Virus record (IMG/VR): IMGVR_UViG_3300027644_000004
Span: 1-64,000 of that record
DNA from: a virus
Reading direction: 5' to 3' (one strand)
Length of the DNA stretch: 64,000 nucleotides
Part shown: positions 8,889-19,557 of the stretch, in pieces
Position numbering within the stretch: position 1 is the stretch's first letter
Layout of the letters: each line of letters begins with the position of its first letter
The notes under the pieces: model-generated
What the model was told of the DNA's origin: nothing
Seen by the model: only the letters and a program-made list of their open reading frames with translations
Database searches by the model: none
Position numbers and translations under genes: made by a program

Positions 8889-10478
8889 TTGGCTATTGTA
8901 CAAATTTCGCGAATTACCCAGCGTAAAGGGTTACAGGATGATCTGCCACAACTGGCCGGTGCTGAATTAGGATGGAGTGTTGACGAACGCAGATTGTTCA
9001 TTGGCAATGGCACCCTAGAAGAAGGTGCTCCGGTAGTGGGCAATACAGAAATTCTGACAGAATTTTCTGACATCTTAGTTTTGGTGCAGGACTATATCTA
9101 CAGTGGTCAGGCTGCAACAGGTTATACTGTACAAACAGGTTTCAGTGCCGGAACACCAGTTAAGATATCTTTGCAAAATTGGATGGACCAATTTGCCACA
9201 GTTAAAGATTTTGGTGCAGCCGGTGACGGTATTACAGATGATACCGCAGCTATCAATCGCGCACTTTATCAGCTGTACTGTAGAGAAGTCAATCCGGCAA
9301 TTCGTAGAAGTTTGTTTTTTCCTGCTGGCGTATACCTAGTAACTGGCGCCATAATTGTGCCACCCTATGCCACACTGATTGGCGAAGGCATTAGTAACAG
9401 TATTATTCAAATGGCAGTGGGGTCGTCTGCATCCTATGTGATGCAGACTGGTGACAGTTTGCAACAGACCGGAGTTGACATTGGCACCAATGGAGCAACG
9501 CCTCCAATCAGTATCACTATTGAAAAAATGAGTTTTCAGTCGCCACGGGCAATGAATATTGCGTTGGTCGATCGTGCCGATGAGTGTATTTTTAATCAGG
9601 TCAGTTTTGCCGGACCCTTTACCACAGCCACCATTACAAATCCTTTGACACGAGGCGACACAGCCTGCGTTCGATTTGCCAGCAGCAATGCGCTAGTGAC
9701 ACAGCAGATTAAATTCAACAACTGTAGTTTCAGTGGAACAACATATGCTATGATCACAGACCAGCAGGTACGCGGAGTAGTGACCACCAGCAGCCGCTTT
9801 TCTACTCTGTATCGAGGTGTAGTAGTACAAACCAACCCACTTGGAGTTCAGTACGACGCACAAGGGTTTAGCATCACCAGCTGCGATTTTGACACTATCT
9901 ACGAACAGGGCATTATGTTTGGCGTTGATCGCAACGCCACAGCACAGAATACTTTCGGCGATGTCGGCAATCACTTTGGCGGAATAACACAACCGTTCAC
10001 TGCAATTATTGACTTTGGATCGCCCAACAACATCAGTGTAGGTGATCTGTTCGAACGTACTGATGCCAATGCAGTGTTGTACCCAAGAATTCAGCTCAAT
10101 GGTGCTGCCAGCATTGCATTTACCAACGGTCAGCAGTTGGCAATGGGAACCTATGTACGAAATTCTGGACTGACAGCGGTATTGGCAAATAATGTGCCCA
10201 CAGCCACAGTGGCAGTTACTTACAACGTGAGTAGTATTCGAGCAATCAGCATCAATTACACTGTGACAAGAGGTTCAGCCTATCGCAGTGGCACCATTGT
10301 TGTGGCCACCAATGGTGCCACTAACAATTTAACCTACACTGACGACTACTCCGAAAACACCAGCACCGGAATTGCTCTCACAGTGACGCAGACTGGATCG
10401 GATGTTTTCCTACGCTACATCAGCACCAACACCGGCACAGCCGGATCATTGACCTACAGCATAACACATCTAGCATAA
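8889..10478 (+). CDS. tail/virion protein with pectate-lyase-3-like beta-helix
   Basis: N-terminal LPQLAGAELGW..D.RRLFIG; VKDFGAAGDGITDDTAAI..A..FFPAGVY. GCTAAATA promoter upstream, TTG start after GAGGA. Confidence 0.8.
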   Translation: MAIVQISRITQRKGLQDDLPQLAGAELGWSVDERRLFIGNGTLEEGAPVVGNTEILTEFSDILVLVQDYIYSGQAATGYTVQTGFSAGTPVKISLQNWMDQFATVKDFGAAGDGITDDTAAINRALYQLYCREVNPAIRRSLFFPAGVYLVTGAIIVPPYATLIGEGISNSIIQMAVGSSASYVMQTGDSLQQTGVDIGTNGATPPISITIEKMSFQSPRAMNIALVDRADECIFNQVSFAGPFTTATITNPLTRGDTACVRFASSNALVTQQIKFNNCSFSGTTYAMITDQQVRGVVTTSSRFSTLYRGVVVQTNPLGVQYDAQGFSITSCDFDTIYEQGIMFGVDRNATAQNTFGDVGNHFGGITQPFTAIIDFGSPNNISVGDLFERTDANAVLYPRIQLNGAASIAFTNGQQLAMGTYVRNSGLTAVLANNVPTATVAVTYNVSSIRAISINYTVTRGSAYRSGTIVVATNGATNNLTYTDDYSENTSTGIALTVTQTGSDVFLRYISTNTGTAGSLTYSITHLA

Positions 10479-10479
10479 C

Positions 10480-10908
10480 GTGAAATGGCCGGCAACATTT
10501 GAATCAAGGCTCAGCAGTTGGACACAACTGCGAGAGCAGGCCACTGCATTGCCGCTGGAATCAGCCCTGGAAGCCATCAATACCTGGTGGTTTCTTTCTC
10601 CCTGGACCGGATACTACTTACACTGGGACGACCAGGAAGAATGGCCAGATCCCTGGCAATTGTTGGATGACAATGTGTTCTGCGAGGTTGCTCGCGGGCT
10701 GGGAATCCTGTATACTATAACTTTGTTGGACCGTACAGACATAGATTCGGTTGAGTTAGTGTTGACCGAAGCAGGTCACAATGTAGTCCTAGTAAACAAA
10801 TCAAAATATATACTGAATTGGGACAAATCAACTGTTGTAAATATCAATCCAGCAGTGAAAATAGTAAAAAGATTAACCCAATTACAGGTCAAGAACAAGT
10901 ATAAGTAA
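10480..10908 (+). CDS. transglutaminase-like (BTLCP/C93-like) cysteine-protease-fold protein
   Basis: WPDPWQLL...FCEVA...H.V...ILN pattern. Confidence 0.45.
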   Translation: MKWPATFESRLSSWTQLREQATALPLESALEAINTWWFLSPWTGYYLHWDDQEEWPDPWQLLDDNVFCEVARGLGILYTITLLDRTDIDSVELVLTEAGHNVVLVNKSKYILNWDKSTVVNINPAVKIVKRLTQLQVKNKYK

Positions 10909-10929
10909 CAACAATAACAAGAGAAGCGA

Positions 10930-13251
10930 ATGTCAACAATAACAGTAGTAAAGCGCAGTGGCCGTCGAGAGCCCATGGCCATTGAAAAATGGCAAGCACA
11001 GGTAGCAAAAGTCTGTCAAGGTACAGCAGATGTCAGTCAGAGTATGATAGAGATCAAAGCACAACTGCATTTTTATGATGGCATCTCCACCAGAGAAATC
11101 GACGGCATTACCCTTAGAGCCATAGTAGACCTAATTGACGTTGAATCAAATCCTGGACTGGGACATACCAATTATCAGTATGTGGCTGGCAAACAACGCC
11201 TTAGCATGTTGCGAAAAGATGTGTATGGTTCATACACACCCGACCACCTGTATACCATTGTCAAGCGCAATGTGGCCGCTGGCCTGTACACACCAGAACT
11301 GATGGAATGGTATACTGAAGACGACTGGAATAAAATGAACGACATGCTGGACCATTCCAAGGATGAACAGTATGGTTATGCTGCCATTGAGCAGTTGATT
11401 GAAAAATATCTGGTTAAGAACCGTGCCACAAAGGAAACTTATGAAACTCCACAGATTAGATACATGGTCGCGGCCGCTACTGTATTTCACCGAGAAGAAC
11501 CGAATTCAGCGAGAATGCGATTCATCAAGGAATACTACACAGCAGCCAGCGACGGACTTTTTACACTGGCCACACCGGTGCTGGCAGGGCTTGGTACTCC
11601 TACTAAACAGTTTAGTAGTTGCGTTCTTATTCGCTCGGATGATGATCTGGACAGTATTTTCGCGTCCGGCGAAATGATGGCCAAATATGCCAGCAAACGT
11701 GCAGGCATTGGTTTAGAGATTGGTCGACTGCGACCACTGGGCAGTCCCATCCGTGGTGGTGAGATCATGCACACAGGTATGATACCATTTCTGAAAAAAT
11801 GGTTTGGAGATTTGCGATCATGTTCGCAGGGAGGTATTCGTAATGCAAGTGCTACTGTATTCTATCCTATTTGGCATCATCAGTTTGATGATCTTATTGT
11901 ACTCAAGAACAATCAAGGAACCGAAGAAACCCGAGTCCGTCATATGGATTATGGGGTTGTGCTTAGTGCTTTCTTCTGGAGACGATTTAAAAACAAAGAA
12001 GACATAACATTCTTTGATCCCAATCAAGTTCCAGATCTATACGAAGCGTTTTATCAAAATACAGCACTGTTCGAAGAGCTGTATGTAAAATACGAAAAAC
12101 GTACGGATCTAAGAACCAAAACAATCAGTGCCGAGGAAGTGTTCAAATCGGGCATCTTGAAAGAGCGCACGGATACAGGACGTATCTACCTTGTGTTCAT
12201 TGACAATGTAATGAAGCAAGGCCCGTTTGATCCTGAATATCATACAATCTACCAGAGTAACCTTTGCTGTGAAATACTTTTACCTACTAAGTCCTTTAAA
12301 CGTCTGGATGACGATAGCGGTCGTATCGCACTTTGCACCCTGGGCTCAATCAATTGGGGTGCGTTCCGTAACCCAGAAGATATGCGCCGTGCTTGTCGTA
12401 TACTGCATCGTAGCCTCAACAATATTCTTGACTATCAAGACTTTCTTTCCATCCAGTCTAAACTCTCCAACGACGAAATCAGGCCGCTGGGAATCGGAAT
12501 CACAAATCTTGCCTACTGGCACGCCAAACGAAGCCTCAGGTACGGAGAACGAGACTCCTTGGCTGAAGTCAAGACGTGGATGGAACACCAAGCCTACTAC
12601 CTAACTGAGGCTTCGGTTGAGCTGGCCAAGGAACGTGGCAAGTGCGAAGGTAGTGATCGTACACGTTATGGCCACGGTGTGTTTCCTTGGGAACTACGTG
12701 CCTCGGGTGTTGATGAATTAGCTAACTTTGCTCCAGAACTAGACTGGGAAATTTTACGTGCTAACATGCAAGCATACGGAGTACGTAATGCTACACAGAT
12801 GGCAGTGGCTCCGGTTGAATCTAGTTCAGTGGTGATCGACAGTACCAACGGTATTGAAATGCCCATGAGTTTGATCTCAGTCAAAGAAAGCAAGGCCGGT
12901 TCGTTTGTACAGGTAGTACCAGAGTATGCTAGATTAAAAAACCGGTATCAATTGATGTGGGCACAGAAAGACTGTGACGGCTACTTGAAAACAGCCGCAG
13001 TGATTGCGGCCTATGTGGATCAAAGTATCAGTACAAATACCTTCTACAATCCTGCGCACTTTGAAGGTCGCAAGGTTCCTACCACATTGATTGCTCGCAA
13101 CTTGATGCAGGCACATGCCTGGGGCCTAAAGACCTTTTACTACAGTCTAATCAACAAGGCCGGCAGCAAGCAAGACGCAGAAGAAGCTCCTGCCATGCTG
13201 GAGCCAATTGACTATGACGACGTTGAAGATTGTGAGGCCTGTAAGTTATGA
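10930..13251 (+). CDS. nrdA: ribonucleotide reductase class Ia alpha subunit
   Basis: N-terminal ATP cone (VVKRSG), FSSCV, SNLCCEI, KTFYY, C-terminal CEACKL. Confidence 0.98.
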   Translation: MSTITVVKRSGRREPMAIEKWQAQVAKVCQGTADVSQSMIEIKAQLHFYDGISTREIDGITLRAIVDLIDVESNPGLGHTNYQYVAGKQRLSMLRKDVYGSYTPDHLYTIVKRNVAAGLYTPELMEWYTEDDWNKMNDMLDHSKDEQYGYAAIEQLIEKYLVKNRATKETYETPQIRYMVAAATVFHREEPNSARMRFIKEYYTAASDGLFTLATPVLAGLGTPTKQFSSCVLIRSDDDLDSIFASGEMMAKYASKRAGIGLEIGRLRPLGSPIRGGEIMHTGMIPFLKKWFGDLRSCSQGGIRNASATVFYPIWHHQFDDLIVLKNNQGTEETRVRHMDYGVVLSAFFWRRFKNKEDITFFDPNQVPDLYEAFYQNTALFEELYVKYEKRTDLRTKTISAEEVFKSGILKERTDTGRIYLVFIDNVMKQGPFDPEYHTIYQSNLCCEILLPTKSFKRLDDDSGRIALCTLGSINWGAFRNPEDMRRACRILHRSLNNILDYQDFLSIQSKLSNDEIRPLGIGITNLAYWHAKRSLRYGERDSLAEVKTWMEHQAYYLTEASVELAKERGKCEGSDRTRYGHGVFPWELRASGVDELANFAPELDWEILRANMQAYGVRNATQMAVAPVESSSVVIDSTNGIEMPMSLISVKESKAGSFVQVVPEYARLKNRYQLMWAQKDCDGYLKTAAVIAAYVDQSISTNTFYNPAHFEGRKVPTTLIARNLMQAHAWGLKTFYYSLINKAGSKQDAEEAPAMLEPIDYDDVEDCEACKL

Positions 13252-13439
13252 ACACAGTTGAAAAAGTCTGGGCCAGAGCCACTGGCCATTTGATGGGGCA
13301 GTCTGACAGTGATAGGCCTGATGTGCCTATCCTGACACTGCAAGAAGCCCGGGTTGCTTTGTTTTTAAAAACATTCTGGGTTGCAATACATGTAGTTACA
13401 TGTATTTTTATTATGGCAAACACCATTAGACATTGGTAA
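13248..13439 (+). CDS. small membrane protein
   Basis: Coupled between nrdA and nrdB; C-terminal hydrophobic helix. Confidence 0.6.
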   Translation: MNTVEKVWARATGHLMGQSDSDRPDVPILTLQEARVALFLKTFWVAIHVVTCIFIMANTIRHW

Positions 13440-13442
13440 CAT

Positions 13443-14543
13443 ATGAGCAAACAACAATACAACCTAAACACAAAAACAGATTACTTGAATCGCAAAATGT
13501 TTCTAGACCCAGCCGGTCCGGTAACTATCCAACGCTTTGAAGAAGTTAAGTACAAAAAGATTGCAGACTTTGAAGCCACTGCTCGTGGTTTCTTTTGGCA
13601 ACCAGAAGAAGTCAGTCTCACTAAAGACTCAAACGACTTTAAAGAAGCAAGTGATGCAGTCAAGCATATCTTTACATCAAACTTGTTGCGCCAAACAGCC
13701 CTGGACAGTCTACAAGGTCGCGGCCCGAGTCAGATCTTCATGCCAGTGATCAGCCTGCCAGAACTGGAAGCCTTGGTCTACAACTGGACATTCTTTGAAA
13801 CCAACATACATTCAAAAAGCTACAGCCATATCATTCGCAATATCTACAACGTGCCCAAGGATGTGTTCAATACCATACACGACACTCGAGAAATTGTAGA
13901 CATGGCCAGTTCGGTAGGCAACTACTACGAAGCACTGCACATGATCAACTGCCGCAAACAGATGGGCGAAGTAGTGACAGAAAAGGAACATGTACGTGCA
14001 ATCTACATGGCTCTGCATGCCAGCTATGCGTTGGAAGCATTCCGCTTCATGGTAAGTTTTGCCACCAGCTTGGCCATGGTGGAAAACAAGATTTTCATGG
14101 GCAACGGCAACATCATTAGTTTGATTCTGCAGGATGAACTGTTACACAAGGGCTGGACTGCGTACTTGATCAATCAAGTGGTCAAAGAAGACGCACGTTT
14201 CGCTGCGGCCCGAACAGAATGCGAAGCAGAAGTATATGCTCTATATGCAGATGTAATTCGCGAAGAAAAAGCCTGGGCTGATTATCTGTTCAAGCGCGGC
14301 CCAGTGATTGGATTGAACGCAAACATTCTCAAAGACTTTGTTGATTTCACAGCAGTGGGTGCCCTGAAGGAAATTGGCATCAAGTACCAAGCACCGGCAC
14401 CAAAAACCACACCAATTCCTTGGTTCAACAAACATGTCAACACGTCGAACAAACAAACTGCACTGCAAGAGAACGAGTCGACTAACTATGTTATTGGCAT
14501 CATGAGTGATCAACTTGATTACGATGCACTACCCAATTTATAA
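13443..14543 (+). CDS. nrdB: ribonucleotide reductase class Ia beta subunit
   Basis: FWQPEE, LDSLQGR, ETNIHSKSY (radical Tyr), LEAFRF, DELLH. Confidence 0.97.
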   Translation: MSKQQYNLNTKTDYLNRKMFLDPAGPVTIQRFEEVKYKKIADFEATARGFFWQPEEVSLTKDSNDFKEASDAVKHIFTSNLLRQTALDSLQGRGPSQIFMPVISLPELEALVYNWTFFETNIHSKSYSHIIRNIYNVPKDVFNTIHDTREIVDMASSVGNYYEALHMINCRKQMGEVVTEKEHVRAIYMALHASYALEAFRFMVSFATSLAMVENKIFMGNGNIISLILQDELLHKGWTAYLINQVVKEDARFAAARTECEAEVYALYADVIREEKAWADYLFKRGPVIGLNANILKDFVDFTAVGALKEIGIKYQAPAPKTTPIPWFNKHVNTSNKQTALQENESTNYVIGIMSDQLDYDALPNL

Positions 14544-14552
14544 AGGAAAAAG

Positions 14553-15452
14553 ATGAAAAAGCTGTTAGTTATATTAAGTTTAGTCGCATTGGCGGCTTGC
14601 ACGAAGACCACAAGTGAAGCACCTAAAGCCGGTGCAGTAACACCGGCATTTGTGTTGGATTACACTGCAAATTGTACATCAGGTGGTGCACCAACCATCA
14701 GTGGCAACTCTGTGACATTTGGATCAGGCACCCAATGCCAAGCAGGCAGAATTGTTGCAACACAGAGTTATGCCAACATCACTGAGTTCAGAGCCACGGT
14801 GGATCTGAGCCGGTTGTCCAACAACTATGTCAATGCCAGTATCTACTTGGTACAGAATCCCAACAACCCCTCAACACAACCAATTGGAAACAATTATTGT
14901 GATGCTGGTGGCAACAACAATGCCTGGAACTGTAGAGAACTTGACCTTATGGAAACAAACGGCAACAAACTGTTTCAAACCACACTGCATCTAGGCACCG
15001 GCGGCAGTTCAGCACCACAGCGTTATGAATACGCATACTCCAGCACAGCACTGAACAACACATGCTTCAACAGTGCCAACATGAAGAATGATCCTGCCAA
15101 TGGATTGCACGATGCGACTGGTATTGATATGAGTCAGCCTTTTGATTTGGTCACAACCATCACATATGACACACCCAGAATGACAGTGTCTTATCAGCAA
15201 GGCTCTACCACGGTGGTGGTCTATGACACCAGCAATGGTTCCGGCGCACAAGGCAGCGGCACAGTGGACATGACCGACTTAGTAGCCACAATGAAGAATG
15301 GCTATTGGCCTGTTATCTCATTCTGGCAAGGTTATAGTCCAACTGGTCCTGGATCTGCACCCTGGTGGAATGGCAGTTGTGGCTGGGGTGCGCTGTGCAA
15401 CAACACCAGCTCGTACTGGAGTGTAAGCAACATTCAAGTGACCACAAAGTAA
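14553..15452 (+). CDS. lipoprotein with glycoside hydrolase clan-B (GH7/GH16-like) catalytic motif
   Basis: Lipobox LAAC; YCDA...CRELDLMETN (ExDxxE). Confidence 0.6.
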   Translation: MKKLLVILSLVALAACTKTTSEAPKAGAVTPAFVLDYTANCTSGGAPTISGNSVTFGSGTQCQAGRIVATQSYANITEFRATVDLSRLSNNYVNASIYLVQNPNNPSTQPIGNNYCDAGGNNNAWNCRELDLMETNGNKLFQTTLHLGTGGSSAPQRYEYAYSSTALNNTCFNSANMKNDPANGLHDATGIDMSQPFDLVTTITYDTPRMTVSYQQGSTTVVVYDTSNGSGAQGSGTVDMTDLVATMKNGYWPVISFWQGYSPTGPGSAPWWNGSCGWGALCNNTSSYWSVSNIQVTTK

Positions 15453-15462
15453 AAGGAAACCG

Positions 15463-16548
15463 ATGAAAAAAATCTTATTAACACTGGCATTGACTCTGTG
15501 CAGTCATGTGGTTGCGGCCCAAGATGCACCCACAACATTGTTAAGCTCAGGAACTATAAGTCCGTACCAGGCTCAACGCAATGGTCTATACATGGCTGCA
15601 GATTTTCTTGCGGCAGTTCCGGCCAACACACAATTTAAACTAAGCACACAGCCCTGGATGGATACCACAAACAACACTGTGGTCATTGCAAATATGCCAT
15701 ATGTGAGTGGTACCAAATATGCCAAAGACTATGCCAAAGAAGGCAGTGTGTTTGCCATAACCGAAGATGCCCAGTATCGTTATTTTGTAGGGAACGGATT
15801 ACCAAATACCCCAATGGGCAACTTTCCAGTACAACCCGGCACCCCTGCCTACAAGTATTACAGTGTGGCTCCCGGTGGACATGATTTCAGAACAGGCATT
15901 CCGGGTTCAGACTATTCCAGTGCCGCGGCCATTGGTATCAGTCCTTATGTTTTAAATATTCAACTACCTAAATATCCCAAGGTCAGTGCCAAGCCAAATC
16001 CCATTGCCGCATTGCCAATTGGTGTCACACTCACAGGCACAGTGTGGCATGCTGAGATTGCCAATGCCAGTAATGTGGCATGGTATCCGCCAGCTTCAAT
16101 TTTACCAGTTGACCAATGCTGGGGTCATCCCTATGCTCAACAATATCACCTGCATGGTTATAGCTGGAAGTGTTTCCCAAATCAAGGCACAGAAGGTCAT
16201 TCACCCCTGTTTGGCTATGCCCTGGATGGCTTTGGTATCTATGGCCCCAGAGGGGATGATGGTAAAATGGTCACCAACGCCCAACTGGATGAATGTCATG
16301 GACATACCCACCCAGTGATGTGGGACGGTAAGATGCAGAATATCTATCACTATCACTTGAACCGCGAATTCCCATACGCTGTTGGTTGTTTCAGAGGCGC
16401 AGTCAACTATGAGCAAGCATTAGGGTCAGCTGATTTAAGAGCGCACAACAAACCTCATGGCGCACCGCACAAGCTATATAAGCCACATGACCATAAGAAC
16501 CCCTTGCCACCAAATATTATTATTATTCCAAGGGTACCGTTTCAATAA
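15463..16548 (+). CDS. secreted YHYH-domain protein
   Basis: Signal peptide; DQCWGH..YHLH, GYALDGFGIYG, LDECHGH, YHYH, FPY..GC. Confidence 0.85.
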   Translation: MKKILLTLALTLCSHVVAAQDAPTTLLSSGTISPYQAQRNGLYMAADFLAAVPANTQFKLSTQPWMDTTNNTVVIANMPYVSGTKYAKDYAKEGSVFAITEDAQYRYFVGNGLPNTPMGNFPVQPGTPAYKYYSVAPGGHDFRTGIPGSDYSSAAAIGISPYVLNIQLPKYPKVSAKPNPIAALPIGVTLTGTVWHAEIANASNVAWYPPASILPVDQCWGHPYAQQYHLHGYSWKCFPNQGTEGHSPLFGYALDGFGIYGPRGDDGKMVTNAQLDECHGHTHPVMWDGKMQNIYHYHLNREFPYAVGCFRGAVNYEQALGSADLRAHNKPHGAPHKLYKPHDHKNPLPPNIIIIPRVPFQ

Positions 16549-16569
16549 TTAACAACCGAGGAAACTAAA

Positions 16570-16818
16570 ATGAAAGCAATTGTATGGTCAAAAGACCAGT
16601 GCCCTTACTGTGATCAGGCCAAGGCACTATTAACACACCAGGGTGTCCCATTCGAAGAGAAAAAAATTGGACATGGATACACTCGAGAAGAATTGTTAGA
16701 AGCAGTACCAACAGCCAGAACAGTTCCACAAATTATCATTAATGGAAAATCCATTGGTGGTTTTACAGAATTAAGAAAATACATCGACGAAACCGGATTC
16801 AATGGTACCGGATACTAA
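16570..16818 (+). CDS. grxC: glutaredoxin
   Basis: CPYC, RTVPQI, IGGF. Confidence 0.95.
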   Translation: MKAIVWSKDQCPYCDQAKALLTHQGVPFEEKKIGHGYTREELLEAVPTARTVPQIIINGKSIGGFTELRKYIDETGFNGTGY

Positions 16819-16830
16819 AAGGAAACTAAA

Positions 16831-17121
16831 ATGTTAATTGATAGAGGCGCCGCAGTAGGCGAAGTAGTGACGTTTAAACTAACGTCTGGTGAAGAATTAA
16901 TTGGAAAATTGATTGAAGAAACTGATGCACACTATAAACTGTCACGTCCAATGGTGATTGCCATGGGTGCTCAAGGCCCGGGACTAATGCCTTACTTGTT
17001 CACAGTGAGCCCAGACAAAGATATCAAGTTAGCAAAAGGCACAGTTACAGTGGTAGCGGCCACAGACAAAGCGTTTGCTGACCAATTTATTCAAAGTACC
17101 ACCGGTATTATTGTACGATAA
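16831..17121 (+). CDS. Sm/LSm-fold-like phage protein
   Basis: VTFKLTSGEELIGKL pattern. Confidence 0.5.
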   Translation: MLIDRGAAVGEVVTFKLTSGEELIGKLIEETDAHYKLSRPMVIAMGAQGPGLMPYLFTVSPDKDIKLAKGTVTVVAATDKAFADQFIQSTTGIIVR

Positions 17122-17144
17122 ATACTGCATAACAATGGAACACT

Positions 17145-17426
17145 ATGCCGGCAGCACAAAGACAAGGTGACACAAACTCAGCAGGAGGCGCTGCCACATC
17201 AGGCGTTGCCTCAGTGCGAGTGAACGGAAAGCCTGTTGTGGTCAACGGCACCAGTGTATCTGCCCATGCACCATGGGGTCGCCCACATCCACCGCATGCC
17301 GGGCCAACCACTACTGGTGGTAGCGACACTGTTCGTGCTGGAGGAATTCCTGTCAACAGAACAGGAGATGCCGACACATGCGGCCATGCTCGTGTAGGCG
17401 GTAGTCCTGATGTAAGGGTGGCATAA
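17145..17426 (+). CDS. PAAR-repeat spike-tip protein
   Basis: PAAQRQGD, VRVNGKPV, H...PH, GD..TCGH..GS.DV; GATAAATA promoter upstream. Confidence 0.9.
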   Translation: MPAAQRQGDTNSAGGAATSGVASVRVNGKPVVVNGTSVSAHAPWGRPHPPHAGPTTTGGSDTVRAGGIPVNRTGDADTCGHARVGGSPDVRVA

Positions 17427-19453
17427 TGGCCGCCCTGCTGTCACCACTGCAACTTCAAGCTGCCGCTGGGTTGCTGCAAAACAAAGGCTATCAAGTTAAT
17501 CCTGCCTTAACAGCCGCAGTTAATGAGTACACATCAGTCCCTTTATTTGCTAATTTGATACTGGCAATGAATGCAAACACTTTGCCTGTGAATACACAAC
17601 TTTTGCTCCAATCTTTTGCAGGTAATGTCAGTAACAGTTGTCCGGCACTAGCAGATTCTTTTAACAGTGCATTGACATACCCAGTTACATCGACACAGGC
17701 CAACCCAGGGCTGTCCGGAATCATTACACTGACTGCCAATGCTTACATGGGCAACGGCGACCTCAGCAAGTTTGTGCAGACCTTTACACAAGCAAACAGT
17801 TATTGTTCAATTACAAATACTTTCATTAACAGCGCAGTTAATTCTAACAACTATCTAGGCCCTACATTTACTGGCATGGACAATCTTGTCACAGCCGGAC
17901 TTACCGAAATAAATCGTGCTACCCAGGCCATGGGCGACGACCTCAGCAATGCTGGCCAATACATTGATTTGGCCAATCTTGACAACTACGGCACGCCATT
18001 GGCATTGATACAACAAATATCTCGTCGAGCCGGCACAGTGAGTCCCTTGATTGTGGCACTGACCAATGTAGGCATAGACGAAAACATTGTACTGGGACTC
18101 AGCAATCCAACCGTGGTCGTGACCGACACAGTTCAAAAACTCATGTATCAGGCCTTGCAAAATATCACAGGCAGTGAACTTGCTGGCATTCTGCAAATAC
18201 TAGATGTATGGACCCCCAATATCAATACCCTGGCAGACTTGCTAAACCCTGCTGTGATGTATCCAAACAGTTATCCGTCGTTGACCACGCCCACCGCAGA
18301 TGGCCCACGTGCCATTTATATCACTCCTGAGGCCAATCCTCCTATTGATTACACTGACCTTTTGCCCGAAGACAATCAAAAGCTGTTGGAACAAGAAGCA
18401 GCCAACAGAACAGTAGAACGACCATTGGCCTGCGAAGTTCGACAAAGTGAAAATCCTGCAACTGTCGTTGCTACCAATACTGGTTCTGGCGCATCTTACA
18501 CACCAAACAGTAATCTAGAAGCAACTGTGATAGCTTGCCAAACCGGCACAAGTTACGAAAGAATGAGCATAATGACAGATCCAGGCTTGGCCTTGGTCAA
18601 CAAAGCACTGACCTGTTCGCTGAGTCAAGTTACAAATATTGGTAGAATGAATCTGCCGCAGTTGTCTGCTGCATTTCTTGTAGCCGAAACCAACAAAGAT
18701 TTACCTGCAATTGAAGCCCAAACAACTCCAGTACCGCAAGCAGACTTAGATTACTATGCTAATGATCTAGCCATTGGCACCGGAGAAGACGACACTATAT
18801 TGTTGATTGACATTCTTGGAACAGCCGCTGGAACAAATATCACAGAAAATCTCAGCAACTGTGTTGCCATCATTGACACCATGTATGCCGCCAGCCAGTT
18901 AGGCAACTTGATCACCATATACGATAACATCTATGCAAATACACTGGCATCAGATGTGGCCAATGTTACTACTCTGATTGGAGATGCTCAAGCAGAAATT
19001 GTCAATATCAAGGCCAATATCAATCCAGCTGCCTGCGCAGAACTCAACACATATTTCTCATCAATCAACACACAGTTGACTAGAGAAGCACAGTTACTGA
19101 CTCGAGCGGTAATAGATATTGGCAATGTGCAAGGCAATAATCAAATAGCAGTTATGAGTTTTGCAACCTCACTACCCGGCTATGGACTTGATACCAAGGT
19201 TGGCGGATCCGCACAGTATCTTGAAGAGGTTACTGAAAAAACCATGGTTGGCGATGTTCTTGTCAGAACATCAGCTGCTCAATCCACAGTGGCCACATTG
19301 CGTGAGGGCCGAACCACAACAGCACTCAATGCTGCCGGAGCAGGAACAGCAGCCAACGCTGTAGAATCTACACCAACAACACCACCACCTCAGGCCACTT
19401 TGATACCTTCAATCATAACCGAAGCTCAGGCCCGACAGCAGGTAATTTATTAA
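17426..19453 (+). CDS. large virion structural protein (baseplate/tail-associated, putative)
   Basis: TAATG-coupled to PAAR; Ala/Asn/Thr-rich. Confidence 0.55.
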   Translation: MAALLSPLQLQAAAGLLQNKGYQVNPALTAAVNEYTSVPLFANLILAMNANTLPVNTQLLLQSFAGNVSNSCPALADSFNSALTYPVTSTQANPGLSGIITLTANAYMGNGDLSKFVQTFTQANSYCSITNTFINSAVNSNNYLGPTFTGMDNLVTAGLTEINRATQAMGDDLSNAGQYIDLANLDNYGTPLALIQQISRRAGTVSPLIVALTNVGIDENIVLGLSNPTVVVTDTVQKLMYQALQNITGSELAGILQILDVWTPNINTLADLLNPAVMYPNSYPSLTTPTADGPRAIYITPEANPPIDYTDLLPEDNQKLLEQEAANRTVERPLACEVRQSENPATVVATNTGSGASYTPNSNLEATVIACQTGTSYERMSIMTDPGLALVNKALTCSLSQVTNIGRMNLPQLSAAFLVAETNKDLPAIEAQTTPVPQADLDYYANDLAIGTGEDDTILLIDILGTAAGTNITENLSNCVAIIDTMYAASQLGNLITIYDNIYANTLASDVANVTTLIGDAQAEIVNIKANINPAACAELNTYFSSINTQLTREAQLLTRAVIDIGNVQGNNQIAVMSFATSLPGYGLDTKVGGSAQYLEEVTEKTMVGDVLVRTSAAQSTVATLREGRTTTALNAAGAGTAANAVESTPTTPPPQATLIPSIITEAQARQQVIY

Positions 19454-19557
19454 TAATATCCCTTGAAGCCGTGTTTCTTGTAGTTGGCCTGTCTAGCTTC
19501 GCCAATTTCAATCAGCACTTCCCAGACATATTGTAACAGTTTTTTCATAGTACTCAT
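19450..19557 (-). CDS. 35-aa small protein MSTMKKLLQYVWEVLIEIGEARQANYKKHGFKGYY (not in ORF track)
   Basis: ATGA overlap with upstream small ORF; amphipathic helix; GGAG just upstream of second ATG. Confidence 0.6.
   Translation of the reverse strand: MSTMKKLLQYVWEVLIEIGEARQANYKKHGFKGYY

Noticed and set aside
10930-14543. Introns or inteins in nrdA/nrdB
   Set aside because: Both ORFs are continuous and of normal length, with no intein motifs.
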